In this document: one piece after another, positions 10,281 to 19,800 of the stretch
Position numbering within the stretch: the stretch's first letter is position 1
How the letters are laid out: each line of letters starts with the position of its first letter
From: Candidatus Baldrarchaeota archaeon
GTDB taxonomy: Archaea; Asgardarchaeota; Baldrarchaeia; Baldrarchaeales; DXJG01
Assembly (NCBI GenBank): GCA_019056805.1
Contig: DXJG01000002.1
Coordinates: 343,103-375,102, forward strand
Direction of reading: 5' to 3'
Length of the DNA stretch: 32,000 bases
Made by a program: the position numbers and the translations under genes
The notes under the pieces: generated by a model
What the model was told of the DNA's origin: nothing
Seen by the model: the letters and a program-made list of their open reading frames with translations, nothing else
Databases searched by the model: none

Positions 10281-10859
10281 ATGGGACAAGAAGCTTCCAA
10301 AGAAAAAACGATTAGTGAAACGGGTAGTTCATCTATAGAAGAAATTAAGGCTAGCATAGAGGCATTAAAAATTGCTATAACAAGATTATCAAGTAGGGTT
10401 AAGGAACTAGAAAATACTTTATCAAATGTAGCAGCAGAGATCGGAAAAACTGTAGGAGATGCTGTAATAGGAGCGGTTCGTGAAGCAACCAAGGAACTCA
10501 GAGAAACTTCTGAAAAACTCCTTGAATCGTCGGAAGAAATTACAAAAGCAACAATAGATATGAATAAGAAACTCACTCAAAGCATAGATGAAATAGCTAA
10601 AAAAGATACACTTAACCGCCTCATGGAAGAGGTTCGTCAATTTGCAAATATTAAAGTCATGGAGCTCATTTTAGGATTAAATGCTATTAGAAGTTCTTCA
10701 CCCCAGTTAAGCCTTGAATCAAAAGAAACAGCCCCAGTAGCCGCACCGGTTAGGACAGCAACGACTTCAAAACAAACATCTAAAAGAGGAGAAAGAAAAA
10801 AGAGAGATGAAGAAGAGGAAGAAGGATTGATAAGACCATCTCAACTTTTCAGACGGTAA
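10281..10859 (+). CDS. Coiled-coil protein of unknown function with a low-complexity C-terminal tail
   Basis: Heptad-rich helical body, A/P/T/S linker, acidic run, terminal LIRPSQLFRR. ATG 10281 follows AGGTGA; the ORF track uses GTG 10272. Confidence 0.72.
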   Translation: MGQEASKEKTISETGSSSIEEIKASIEALKIAITRLSSRVKELENTLSNVAAEIGKTVGDAVIGAVREATKELRETSEKLLESSEEITKATIDMNKKLTQSIDEIAKKDTLNRLMEEVRQFANIKVMELILGLNAIRSSSPQLSLESKETAPVAAPVRTATTSKQTSKRGERKKRDEEEEEGLIRPSQLFRR

Positions 10860-10914
10860 TATTAATATCAACAATTTATATGCATAGCACCCGCGTAGTG
10901 CTGGGGGTAACTCG

Positions 10915-11679
10915 ATGCCTCTTGAGAATTACAAACATTTTATTACACGCGTAATTCAAAATAATATTAACGAGTATGTACATTTAATCTTTAACAGGTA
11001 TGGGAGAGGAACATTTCCAGGACCTACCTTAAAACTAGTATTTCAGAGAAACAGGACTACTATAAACTCCAGTTTCTTGTATGAAAATTTCACCGGAGCT
11101 TTTCTAGCATATTTTCTACCAGATGGTGATAAATTTAAAGTAACGGGAAACATAGTTTCTCACCAAGATTTAACATCTCAATTATCAGAAATTATTTCAT
11201 CACTTTCGATGAAGAAAAGTAAGAACCTATATAAAGCTACGATACAAATGGAGCTTCTTGCAGAGAACATAAAAGATCTATACTCATTACTGGGTGAAAA
11301 ATGTTACCTTTTGATTTCAATTAAGCCTTTAAAAGGCACAATTCCCAGACTCCAAACCAAAAAGAGTATTCCAAAATTAACTGAGCAGATAATTGAGCTT
11401 AAACCCGATTTTTGCAAAGCATATCTACAGAGTAACGAAGAAATTTTAGATGTTTTTGTTAAAGAAGCTCTACCAGACTTCCAAGATAAAATTGATATTC
11501 CGTTTAAAAACCTCAATTTAAAAAACGAATTCGTTATCACGGATATAATTTTGCCAGAAAACTGGAAATCCATGCCTTCTAAAGAAGTGAGGCTTAAAGC
11601 AAAGCGGAAAGGAAAAATAGTAAGAACTCTTATTGTTGATGGAAAAACTCTAAAAACAGAACATGAGTTCCTAGTTTAA
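10915..11679 (+). CDS. Conserved archaeal hypothetical protein
   Basis: 254-aa ORF with TATA-like TTTATA at 10875 and a G-rich SD. The ending AKRKGKIVRTLIVDGK looks like an uncharacterised archaeal family to me; function unknown. Confidence 0.68.
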   Translation: MPLENYKHFITRVIQNNINEYVHLIFNRYGRGTFPGPTLKLVFQRNRTTINSSFLYENFTGAFLAYFLPDGDKFKVTGNIVSHQDLTSQLSEIISSLSMKKSKNLYKATIQMELLAENIKDLYSLLGEKCYLLISIKPLKGTIPRLQTKKSIPKLTEQIIELKPDFCKAYLQSNEEILDVFVKEALPDFQDKIDIPFKNLNLKNEFVITDIILPENWKSMPSKEVRLKAKRKGKIVRTLIVDGKTLKTEHEFLV

Positions 11680-11754
11680 ATTTACATAAAATTTGTATTA
11701 TAAAAGTTTAAAAGAACATATTTAATATTTACTAACGCAAGAGGTGTAAAGTAT

Positions 11755-12204
11755 TTGGCTGAAATTAAAGTTGTTAAAGTTGAAATACGGTTACCTGCGT
11801 ATCCTTCTCTTCCTCCCGCATTAACTCTGCAACTTGAAGACGGCCGTATTTTTCCAATGTTTTCAATTCCTATTAACACAATAATTGCCATCGGAAATAT
11901 CATATATGGCAAAAGAATCGTTGACGATGAAAGAAAAAATTTTGGAGAAATTCTAGCAGAAATACCACTTTTAAGAGAGTATTTAAAGAAAATTGTTAGA
12001 AAAGTTGTAATAGATCGAATAGACAATAATGATAGATTTTATGCAACCGCTACTCTAACAGTAGATGGAGACGAAAAAATAATTACTATGGTACCTTCTT
12101 CAGCTATTCTTCTAGCATTGCTGGCAAATGCTGAAATATATGTTGATGAAATGCTTCTTGGACTTGTACAGCCAGAAGATGAGGAAAGAGAATTTTATGC
12201 ATAG
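11755..12204 (+). CDS. DUF151/BFN-like protein, divergent copy 2
   Basis: LTLQLEDGRIFPM, KVVID....FYATATL, MVPSSAILLALLANAEIYV. TTG start with GAGGTG at 11741-11746. Confidence 0.7.
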   Translation: MAEIKVVKVEIRLPAYPSLPPALTLQLEDGRIFPMFSIPINTIIAIGNIIYGKRIVDDERKNFGEILAEIPLLREYLKKIVRKVVIDRIDNNDRFYATATLTVDGDEKIITMVPSSAILLALLANAEIYVDEMLLGLVQPEDEEREFYA

Positions 12205-12465
12205 CAAAACTATCGATTTATTGTCAAGTCCTTGGTCTACACTACTTTTACCAAGTTAAATACGCTTACAAATTAAAGTTGCCTATCCATATTATCATTT
12301 CCTCTTTTTAGATTAAAAACATAAAGGAAATGCATTTTTATTAAAAAGATATTTATGTCCAATTATTTTACAATTTTGTTTTGTTATCATAAATTTTTGT
12401 TTTGTAATAATATTTATTACCACCAATAGATATATCAAATATAACAACTATGCGCGGGAATTTGA

Positions 12466-13077
12466 ATGAAATCACTTGACATCGAAGATAGCATACTAAG
12501 GGAAAAAAGGAAGAAAGAACTACATGTTAAAGAAGAAAAAAGAAAAGTAAGTATATCATATATTCGATCATTAGATGGCATATTTCAAGTCCTTGTTATT
12601 CATCGGAATGGAGAATGCCTCATTAGAAGATCATTCACTAAAGTAGACTTTAATGAAGATCTGTTCTCAGGATTCGTATCAGCTGCCTTCACGTTCACCA
12701 AAGATTTAGGTATTGGGGAACTTCAAACCTTAATTACTAAGAAAGTAAAAGTTTATTATCTTGAAGCTGACGAAATTATTTTTACTGTAATGGCTCATAA
12801 AGATGTAGATGCTGATTTAATTGAAAGTAGACTTAAACTCCTTAGAGACCACTTTCTCTCTAAATATAAGGAAGTTAGTGGTAGATGGGATGGAAATTTA
12901 AAAAACTTTAAGGATTTCGAAAGAATTATAGATGTTGTATTTGGAGATTGGCAACTAGATAAAAACGTGAGAAGAATCATAAGAAATCTCCGTGAGAGAA
13001 AAATAACAGCTATAGAAGCTGCCAATGCTATTATTGAGTTGTCTAGACAAATATCTAAGTTAAAATCAAAAAGTTAA
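12466..13077 (+). CDS. Longin-fold protein (AP sigma/mu-N-like) with helical extensions
   Basis: IFQVLVIHRNGECLIRRSF...DLFSGFVSAAFTF...ELQTL...YY....IIFTV...L..L...F...Y..W.G....F..F pattern characteristic of longin domains. Confidence 0.72.
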   Translation: MKSLDIEDSILREKRKKELHVKEEKRKVSISYIRSLDGIFQVLVIHRNGECLIRRSFTKVDFNEDLFSGFVSAAFTFTKDLGIGELQTLITKKVKVYYLEADEIIFTVMAHKDVDADLIESRLKLLRDHFLSKYKEVSGRWDGNLKNFKDFERIIDVVFGDWQLDKNVRRIIRNLRERKITAIEAANAIIELSRQISKLKSKS

Positions 13078-13083
13078 ATATTT

Positions 13084-15102
13084 TTACATTTTTTCTAGCG
13101 GCTTTATACCAGCAGTAATCAAAGCATTTCTCAAAGTTATTTGAAACGCCTTAACGAGGGCCAACCTTGCTTTTCTTAATTCTTCATTCTCAACTTTCAA
13201 AACTGGCCTTTTTTCATAAAATTTACTGAAAAGAATTGCTAAATTATTCATGTAATTTGTCAAAATTTCAAGCCGCATTTCATCAACAATATTAATAATT
13301 TTAATTGGGAACTCCCCTATACTTTTTATTAATTCCCATTCAGCTTCGCCGGTCAAAAAATCATAATTTATGCTATCTGGATTAATTTCTATATTTTTAA
13401 CTTTTCTTAATATGCTACAAGCCCTTGCATAATTGTATTGAATGAATGGGCCACTATTTTCTTTCATGTCAAGAATCTTTTTCATGTCAAAAATTACAGG
13501 TTTTAGAGGGGTCACGTTAAGAAGAGCATATTTTATTGCCCCTACGCCAACTTCCTCTGCTATCTTCTCTTTCTCCTCTTCACTATACGGGGACTTCTTT
13601 AGTATTTCTTTTACGTTTTTAATAGCTTCTTCTAATACTTCATCTGCTGTTACATATTGTGCTCTTCTTCCACTCATTTTTCTGCCTACAAGTTGCACTA
13701 ATTCGTATTTAAAGTGAATAAAATTGTCAGCCCATTTATCATATCCCATAATTCTTAAAGCAATGTTTATTTGAAGTTGTGGTAAGGTTTGTTCAGCTCC
13801 TATAACATTATAGACACGATCAAACCGTGCATCTTCAAACTTCCAAACTGCATATGCTATATCTCTCGTAGGATAGAGAGTAGTTCCATCAGATCTTGTA
13901 AGAACGAGAGGTGGTATCTCAAAATCCTCGCTTATACCTAATTTCTCTTTTAAATTATGCTCAGAAATGTAGCGTTCTAAGTCTAAGATTTTGACATTAC
14001 TACTTTCACTTTCTCTATATACGTAACCTGAACTTTCTAATGCTTTCAAAACTTTCTCAACCTTACCGGACCACACAAGATCTGATTCCCAGTCAAAAGA
14101 GTCAAAATGAATACCAAAGCGATTTAAAGTCTCTTTTATACCATTTAAAGTAATGTTGCACATTTCTCTAACAAGATCTTTAATTTCAGGGTCAGCTTTT
14201 TCATATTTCTTGGTCATTTCGTCACAGTAACCCTTTAAATCTCTTATTTTGGAAGTTTCTTCCAGTAATTGCTCCGTTAATTTAGGAAATCTTTCCTTAA
14301 GACTTTTTAGTACATTATTCCACTCAACGATCTCTTTTTTTAATTCTTTAAATTCTTCACTGGCATTTTCATATTTTAATATGAAATTTAATTCTTTTTC
14401 AGAAATATAATACTTGTTTTCAGAATATTTCATTGTCTCGGGAACTATCTTCCACAGTTTCTCTTTTAATTCTTGAACAGTTAAGAAAGCATTCATTAAA
14501 GCATATATGATTCCCATCCATAAGTCAGGTTTCATATCAGGTTTTATACCCCTATTTTTTAGAAGACTGTAACCTATTGCTGTCATCACCGACTGTCTAC
14601 CCACATCATCAACATAAAAATGTCTTTTAACAATTCCACCAGCCATTTCTAACACGTTAGCAAATACATCCCCTATACACGAATTTCTAAGATTTCCAAT
14701 GTGTATTGGAGCTATAGGGTTTACTGAAGTATGTTCAACCATGATTTTTAACTTTTTTAAATAATTACTTTTACCATAATTTTCTGGATCTGCTAAAACG
14801 GTTTTCAATATTTTTTCAGCTGCAATTTTTCTATTGAGGAAAAAGTTAACATAACCTCCAACAATCTTAATATCTTCTATAAGAGGTAGCTCTAAATTTT
14901 TCAGTTCATCAGCTATTGATTTTGCAAGTAAAGAAGGATCCTTCCTAAGTTCTTTTGCGATCATGAAAGTTGGAAAGGAGAAGTCCCCAAGCTCAGGTGA
15001 GGGGGTCTTTAAAATTCTTACCTCTGCCTTTATATTCCGATTCTCTAAAACATTTTTTACGGCGGACTGAAGATTTGAAAGCAGATCACCCAGAGGATTC
15101 AT
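13084..15102 (-). CDS. argS: Arginyl-tRNA synthetase
   Basis: PSPELGDFS, GGYVNF, EHTSVNPIAPIHIGNLRN (HIGH), DGTTLYPTRDIAY, KMSGR (KMSKS equivalent), GPFIQYNYARACSIL, LKPLEKM-type end. Likely start ATG 15102 (GAGGGG SD); the ORF track extends to 15180. Confidence 0.97.
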   Translation of the reverse strand: MNPLGDLLSNLQSAVKNVLENRNIKAEVRILKTPSPELGDFSFPTFMIAKELRKDPSLLAKSIADELKNLELPLIEDIKIVGGYVNFFLNRKIAAEKILKTVLADPENYGKSNYLKKLKIMVEHTSVNPIAPIHIGNLRNSCIGDVFANVLEMAGGIVKRHFYVDDVGRQSVMTAIGYSLLKNRGIKPDMKPDLWMGIIYALMNAFLTVQELKEKLWKIVPETMKYSENKYYISEKELNFILKYENASEEFKELKKEIVEWNNVLKSLKERFPKLTEQLLEETSKIRDLKGYCDEMTKKYEKADPEIKDLVREMCNITLNGIKETLNRFGIHFDSFDWESDLVWSGKVEKVLKALESSGYVYRESESSNVKILDLERYISEHNLKEKLGISEDFEIPPLVLTRSDGTTLYPTRDIAYAVWKFEDARFDRVYNVIGAEQTLPQLQINIALRIMGYDKWADNFIHFKYELVQLVGRKMSGRRAQYVTADEVLEEAIKNVKEILKKSPYSEEEKEKIAEEVGVGAIKYALLNVTPLKPVIFDMKKILDMKENSGPFIQYNYARACSILRKVKNIEINPDSINYDFLTGEAEWELIKSIGEFPIKIINIVDEMRLEILTNYMNNLAILFSKFYEKRPVLKVENEELRKARLALVKAFQITLRNALITAGIKPLEKM

Positions 15103-15463
15103 AAGAGCCCCTCGTAAACATATTCTAAAATCACATAATTTAATATTTAATAAGGGTTTTGCATTTATTGACATATGCATATCGCTAAGTAAGGAGTTTT
15201 CTCGACATACTTTGTAAATTGTCTCACCTTTGGAAAATTGCTTTTATAAATTTAAAATATCTAAGTTTTACTAGATGAGATCCAAAAGTTATGTCAGTAA
15301 TAACCTAAAAACACGGGTCCATATTCATTTTACTTTTAAGGACAGACGATAAATTAGTAAATAAACATTAATATCTAGATTCTTCTCTAAAGTATAGGAG
15401 GTTGTTAAAATTCCAAGGGAAGGGTCAAGTATTAGCATATTCGTAAATATACGTAAAAGGCTT

Positions 15464-15940
15464 TTGTCCTCCGAGAATTGGAAAAATACCTTGCCACTGA
15501 TTCCACTCCTATTTTTCGGGATCTTCCTAGATATTTATATGACCTTGCTTTGTCTTCAACTCCCTTGGATGAGCGAATTAAATCTTCTAGCCATTTATTT
15601 GATGTATAAATTCGGCAAACTAACGGGACTAATAGTAAGTGGTTTATTTGTACTAATGATTTACACCACACTGGTTTCTTTAACTCCTAAAGAAGGAAAA
15701 CTTATCCTTGCTGGTCTTCTAACAGCAGCAAATATCTCAGCTGCCTTAAATAATTACCTAATATATTACGCTTGGAAATCTAAAACAACTATAACTTTAG
15801 GTAGCCCTTCCTTACTAATTATTCAATACTTCTTTTTACTAATAGCATTTATATTCCTACTCAGAGTACTTTCCTTTGAAGTAAAGTTACAGGCGTATTT
15901 AGAGAGAAATAAAGACCACAGAAGCCAGGAAGAAGTGTAA
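15464..15940 (+). CDS. Multi-pass membrane protein, possibly DUF5658-like
   Basis: Four hydrophobic segments; LDIYMT...SELNLL resembles the D..TT...E.NP motif. Confidence 0.55.
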   Translation: MSSENWKNTLPLIPLLFFGIFLDIYMTLLCLQLPWMSELNLLAIYLMYKFGKLTGLIVSGLFVLMIYTTLVSLTPKEGKLILAGLLTAANISAALNNYLIYYAWKSKTTITLGSPSLLIIQYFFLLIAFIFLLRVLSFEVKLQAYLERNKDHRSQEEV

Positions 15941-16034
15941 AATATTACAATAGAAAAGAAACTTTTTAATTAACTTAATATTATCCTTATATAACGGATT
16001 TAATGTGAAATATTAGTAACAGAGGTACTTTACA

Positions 16035-16301
16035 ATGATATCTAGTAACATTCTGTTTATAATAGGATATTTTCTCATCTTTCTCGGAATCATAATTATT
16101 TTTGTTACAATGTTCATGTTCCTCTTTAAATCAATTAAAGGTAAAACCGAGACAAAAGCCGGCGGGATAATATTTATTGGCCCTTTTCCCGTGATCTTTG
16201 GAACAGATATTGATATAGCGAAGTGGTTGGTAGTCATTGCACTAATAATTACGCTAATACTTCTTACTATAACTTTAATCCCCTTTATTACAGGAGGATG
16301 A
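16035..16301 (+). CDS. DUF131 family membrane protein
   Basis: TM - charged linker - GGIIFIGPFPVIFGTD - TM. Confidence 0.82.
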   Translation: MISSNILFIIGYFLIFLGIIIIFVTMFMFLFKSIKGKTETKAGGIIFIGPFPVIFGTDIDIAKWLVVIALIITLILLTITLIPFITGG

Positions 16302-16732
16302 GTATTTTGTCTATACTTTGTGAACTTTGCGGAAAGAGGCCAGCCAAATATGTTTGTCAAGAATGTGGAAGGAGAGTTTGTCAACGTTGTTTTAATGTTT
16401 ATTATGAACTCTGTAAAGATTGTTTGAAACCTGTTTTGGAAGAAATGGAGCAATACCATGTAAAAGAAGTTTTTGATATAAACTGGATGCTTAAATTTAT
16501 GTTAATAGGATTTACTATGATATTCCTTGGCATTTTCTTTGTGATTCTAGCTTCTCTAGCAGCTATACCCGAGACAAGCGGTGTTTTCTTTTTCTTTATA
16601 GGTCCTTTTCCAATAGTTTTCGGATATGGGCCTTATGCTCCCTATCTAGCTATTTCAAGCTTTTTCCTATTTATATTTCTTCTATTCTTCATTTACTGGT
16701 GGTATAAGAGAAAAAATACCGAAAAAATCTAA
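16298..16732 (+). CDS. Cys-rich zinc finger fused to a second DUF131-like membrane domain
   Basis: CELC..CQEC..VCQRC..CKDC followed by a TM and FIGPFPIVFG. ATG 16298 overlaps the upstream TGA (ATGA); the ORF track start at 16223 is probably too early. Confidence 0.72.
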   Translation: MSILSILCELCGKRPAKYVCQECGRRVCQRCFNVYYELCKDCLKPVLEEMEQYHVKEVFDINWMLKFMLIGFTMIFLGIFFVILASLAAIPETSGVFFFFIGPFPIVFGYGPYAPYLAISSFFLFIFLLFFIYWWYKRKNTEKI

Positions 16733-16853
16733 ATCTGCATGAATTTTCTTCTCTATTAGCATTATTTGATTTTATCATAAAAAATTATTTTTATATTGCT
16801 GTTGTCGGTTAACTTATAAGGTAAATATGTGAAGTTAGTGGATGTGAAAATTA

Positions 16854-19800
16854 ATGCTTGAAACGTTTAGAGAAATTATATTTCTTTCTAATGAGTTAAT
16901 TCAACAATTACCTGATCCTCGGGAGATTCGTGATAAATTTGAGGAATTTAATGACTGGGTTAATAAAATAAATGAGATAGAAAGAGAGTTTGCTTCTACT
17001 TCTAGATTTAATTTCAAAAAGAAAAGAGAGCTTAAGGAACGTCTCGAAAAAGAGATTGAAAAAGCTAAAAAAATGGCTAATGAACTTTTAGAAGCTAGTG
17101 AAAGACTACTTTTATCGCAATCAAGTATTGTAAGAGAGTTTGCTTCTAAACATTCTAACATTTGTGACAGGACGTTACTAGTAATTGTCCAAAAATTACC
17201 GGAACAAACATCTCTTGGCGACATTACAGTAAAAACAACACATGTTAAAAATATTCTTTCAACTCTTCGAAAAGCTGTTGCACAAATCAAAAACGACGTC
17301 TTAAAATGGGTAAATAACTTAGAAGCTGAAATAACCGAATCGGTTTTTATTATTCAACAAATATCAGAAAAACTAGGAGTACCGATCTCCGTAGAGAAAG
17401 ATAGTTTTATTGAAGAAATAAAAGAAACAAAAATTTTTCTTGAGCAGTTTTGGAAAATTGACGTATCTACAGTAGACAGTTTAATAAGTAAAGTTAAGAG
17501 AAGCTACGAATCATTAAGAAACGATATGAATACAAGTCTTTCAACCCTGATAACTTCTTTTAAAAATCAAATTTTACAATTAAGAGAAGATATACGACTA
17601 GTTGAAGATATCGTGGTCCCACCTTTTCCAATCATTCACACGAATCTTTCCGAAACAACCATGGGAAGTATTTCTATCAATTTATTGAGAACTCTCGCTA
17701 AGGACGTGGAAACTGTAAAACTTTTTGAAGATGATGTTAAAAGGAGACTTCTCAACAAAATAATTGTTTTAATGCGTAGAAATAAATCAAAAATGGAAGT
17801 ATTTAAGAAATACGTAGAAATAGATTCCTCAAAATTATCTCTTACATTAAAAGAGGCTCCGACGATAGACGAACCTTTAAATTCGTTACTAATACATCTT
17901 AAAGATCTCAAGGAGGAGGAAGAATATCTTAATAAAATGGAAAAGGCGGCAATCAATGGGTTAAAAAGTGATTTAAGAAGCAAACTAATGGAACTTTCTT
18001 CTAAAACGGAGGTAATTGTTGAAGAAGGGGTAAAACTTTCTCCAGAAATCACCAGAAAAATAAATGTTCTTTTATCTCAAATTGAAAATATTAAAGACGT
18101 GGATAGTGCCTTAAGTCTTGAAACAGAATATGTGAGGTTATTGGAAGGAATCAAGGATTCTATTAAAAGAGAATTTTTAAGTGAAAGAGGTAGAATCTTA
18201 GAAGTTGTGAGTGAGTTTTTAAGAGATGTAGAAGCTCCTGTGTTAAAGGGTCAAACTATAGAAGAACTTTTGCAAAATCTTCAAGAATTAAAAAGATGGA
18301 AAACAAAAGTAAAAAATCTACTAAAGGAAGAAGTTGTCAAGGCTATCGAAGAACTTGAGAGGGGGAATACTCTTTTAAAGGATACTTCTTGGGAAAATCC
18401 TGAGCTTTTTAAAATCCTTACTCAGATGAGAAATGAAATTAGAGCAGCAAATAAAATCGGAGAAATAGTAGAGATATTAAATAAGATTAATGACTTGAAA
18501 ACTGATGAGGAACAGAGACTTAAAGCAGCTCTTGAAACTATTAAAAAAGAATATATGGAAGTTGTAAAGGTTATAGAAGATCTTGTTGTTGACGTTTCTC
18601 CTTCAATACGTGCACCAATTCACGTAGATGTAAAAAACAAAACATACATTGAACTTACCGAGATTTTACCAGAACTGGGAGAAAAAATAAAACAGAGAGA
18701 TAAACTTGTAAAAGAAACACTTGAAAACTTTCTTTTAAAAATCAAAAATGAAGTTGAACGTATTCCATCACCGTATCGTGAGATTTTCGACCAAGTAATC
18801 AAAGAAATAGATAATAGTATTATCAATTTGAGAAAGGTAAATACTGTCTATGAGGTAAAGGAAGCCTTCAATTTAGCTATAAAAGAAATTAATGGTATGA
18901 TAAAAGAAAAATTCGCAGCATTAAAATCAAACTTAATACTGAAAACCAGGATGGCTTTCATAAAAACGAGAAATCCACCTGATGTAAGTGATGCGGTAGA
19001 AAAACTCAATGGAATAATTATAGAGCAATGGGAAATCTCTAGGGCAATATACGAAGTAAATAAAATATTTCAAGAAGAAATTCTAGGGAAATTACGAGAA
19101 TTTATTGAAAACGAAGCAAGAGATTACATTAACCTCTTAAACAAATTAAAGATGTACAATATTGAAGTAGAAGAATTTATAATAAAACTGGAAGAGGTAT
19201 TAGCAAAATTTTCATCAAAGAAGGAACTTGATATACAGGAAATTGGAGAATTAGGAAAAACGGTTAATGATGTAATAACTAGTTCAGCACTGAGACAAAC
19301 CTTCGCCAAATGGCTTAATTTAACCGTCGAAGCCTTAGAGAAAACTATAAACTATGTGTCTAAGTGGGTCCAAGTTGAAGAAGACTTCTACGAAGTTATA
19401 CCTACCCTTAAAAAACAATCAGAACTGCTCGATTCTCTAGAAATCGAAACTATTACAAAAATGATAGAACACACACATAAACTATGGGAAATAGCTAGAA
19501 GTTACCTTGAAGAAATCGAAAAACGTCGCGACATGATTTTTGAAGAAGAATTAAAGAAAATTCCATATCACGATTCAATAATGAAAATTTGGGATAAAAA
19601 TCGTAAAGAATTTGACAAAACCATTTTTCCCCTATCCAAATTATTTGAACTTAAAGAAGAAATATCAAAAGAGCAAACACCAAAAATATTAAAATTAATA
19701 GAAGAAAAAGAGAAACTCGAACAAGAATGGTTAGAAAAAGAAAAACAAATCTCTATCTGGCATAAATCAATAAAAATATTTTTAACGGGCATTAGTCCGA

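Noticed and set aside
10281-10859. Coiled-coil protein as ESCRT-III/Snf7 or WH2 actin regulator
   Set aside because: No recognisable Snf7 core pattern or LKKT-type WH2 motif; no Vps4 or actin gene nearby.
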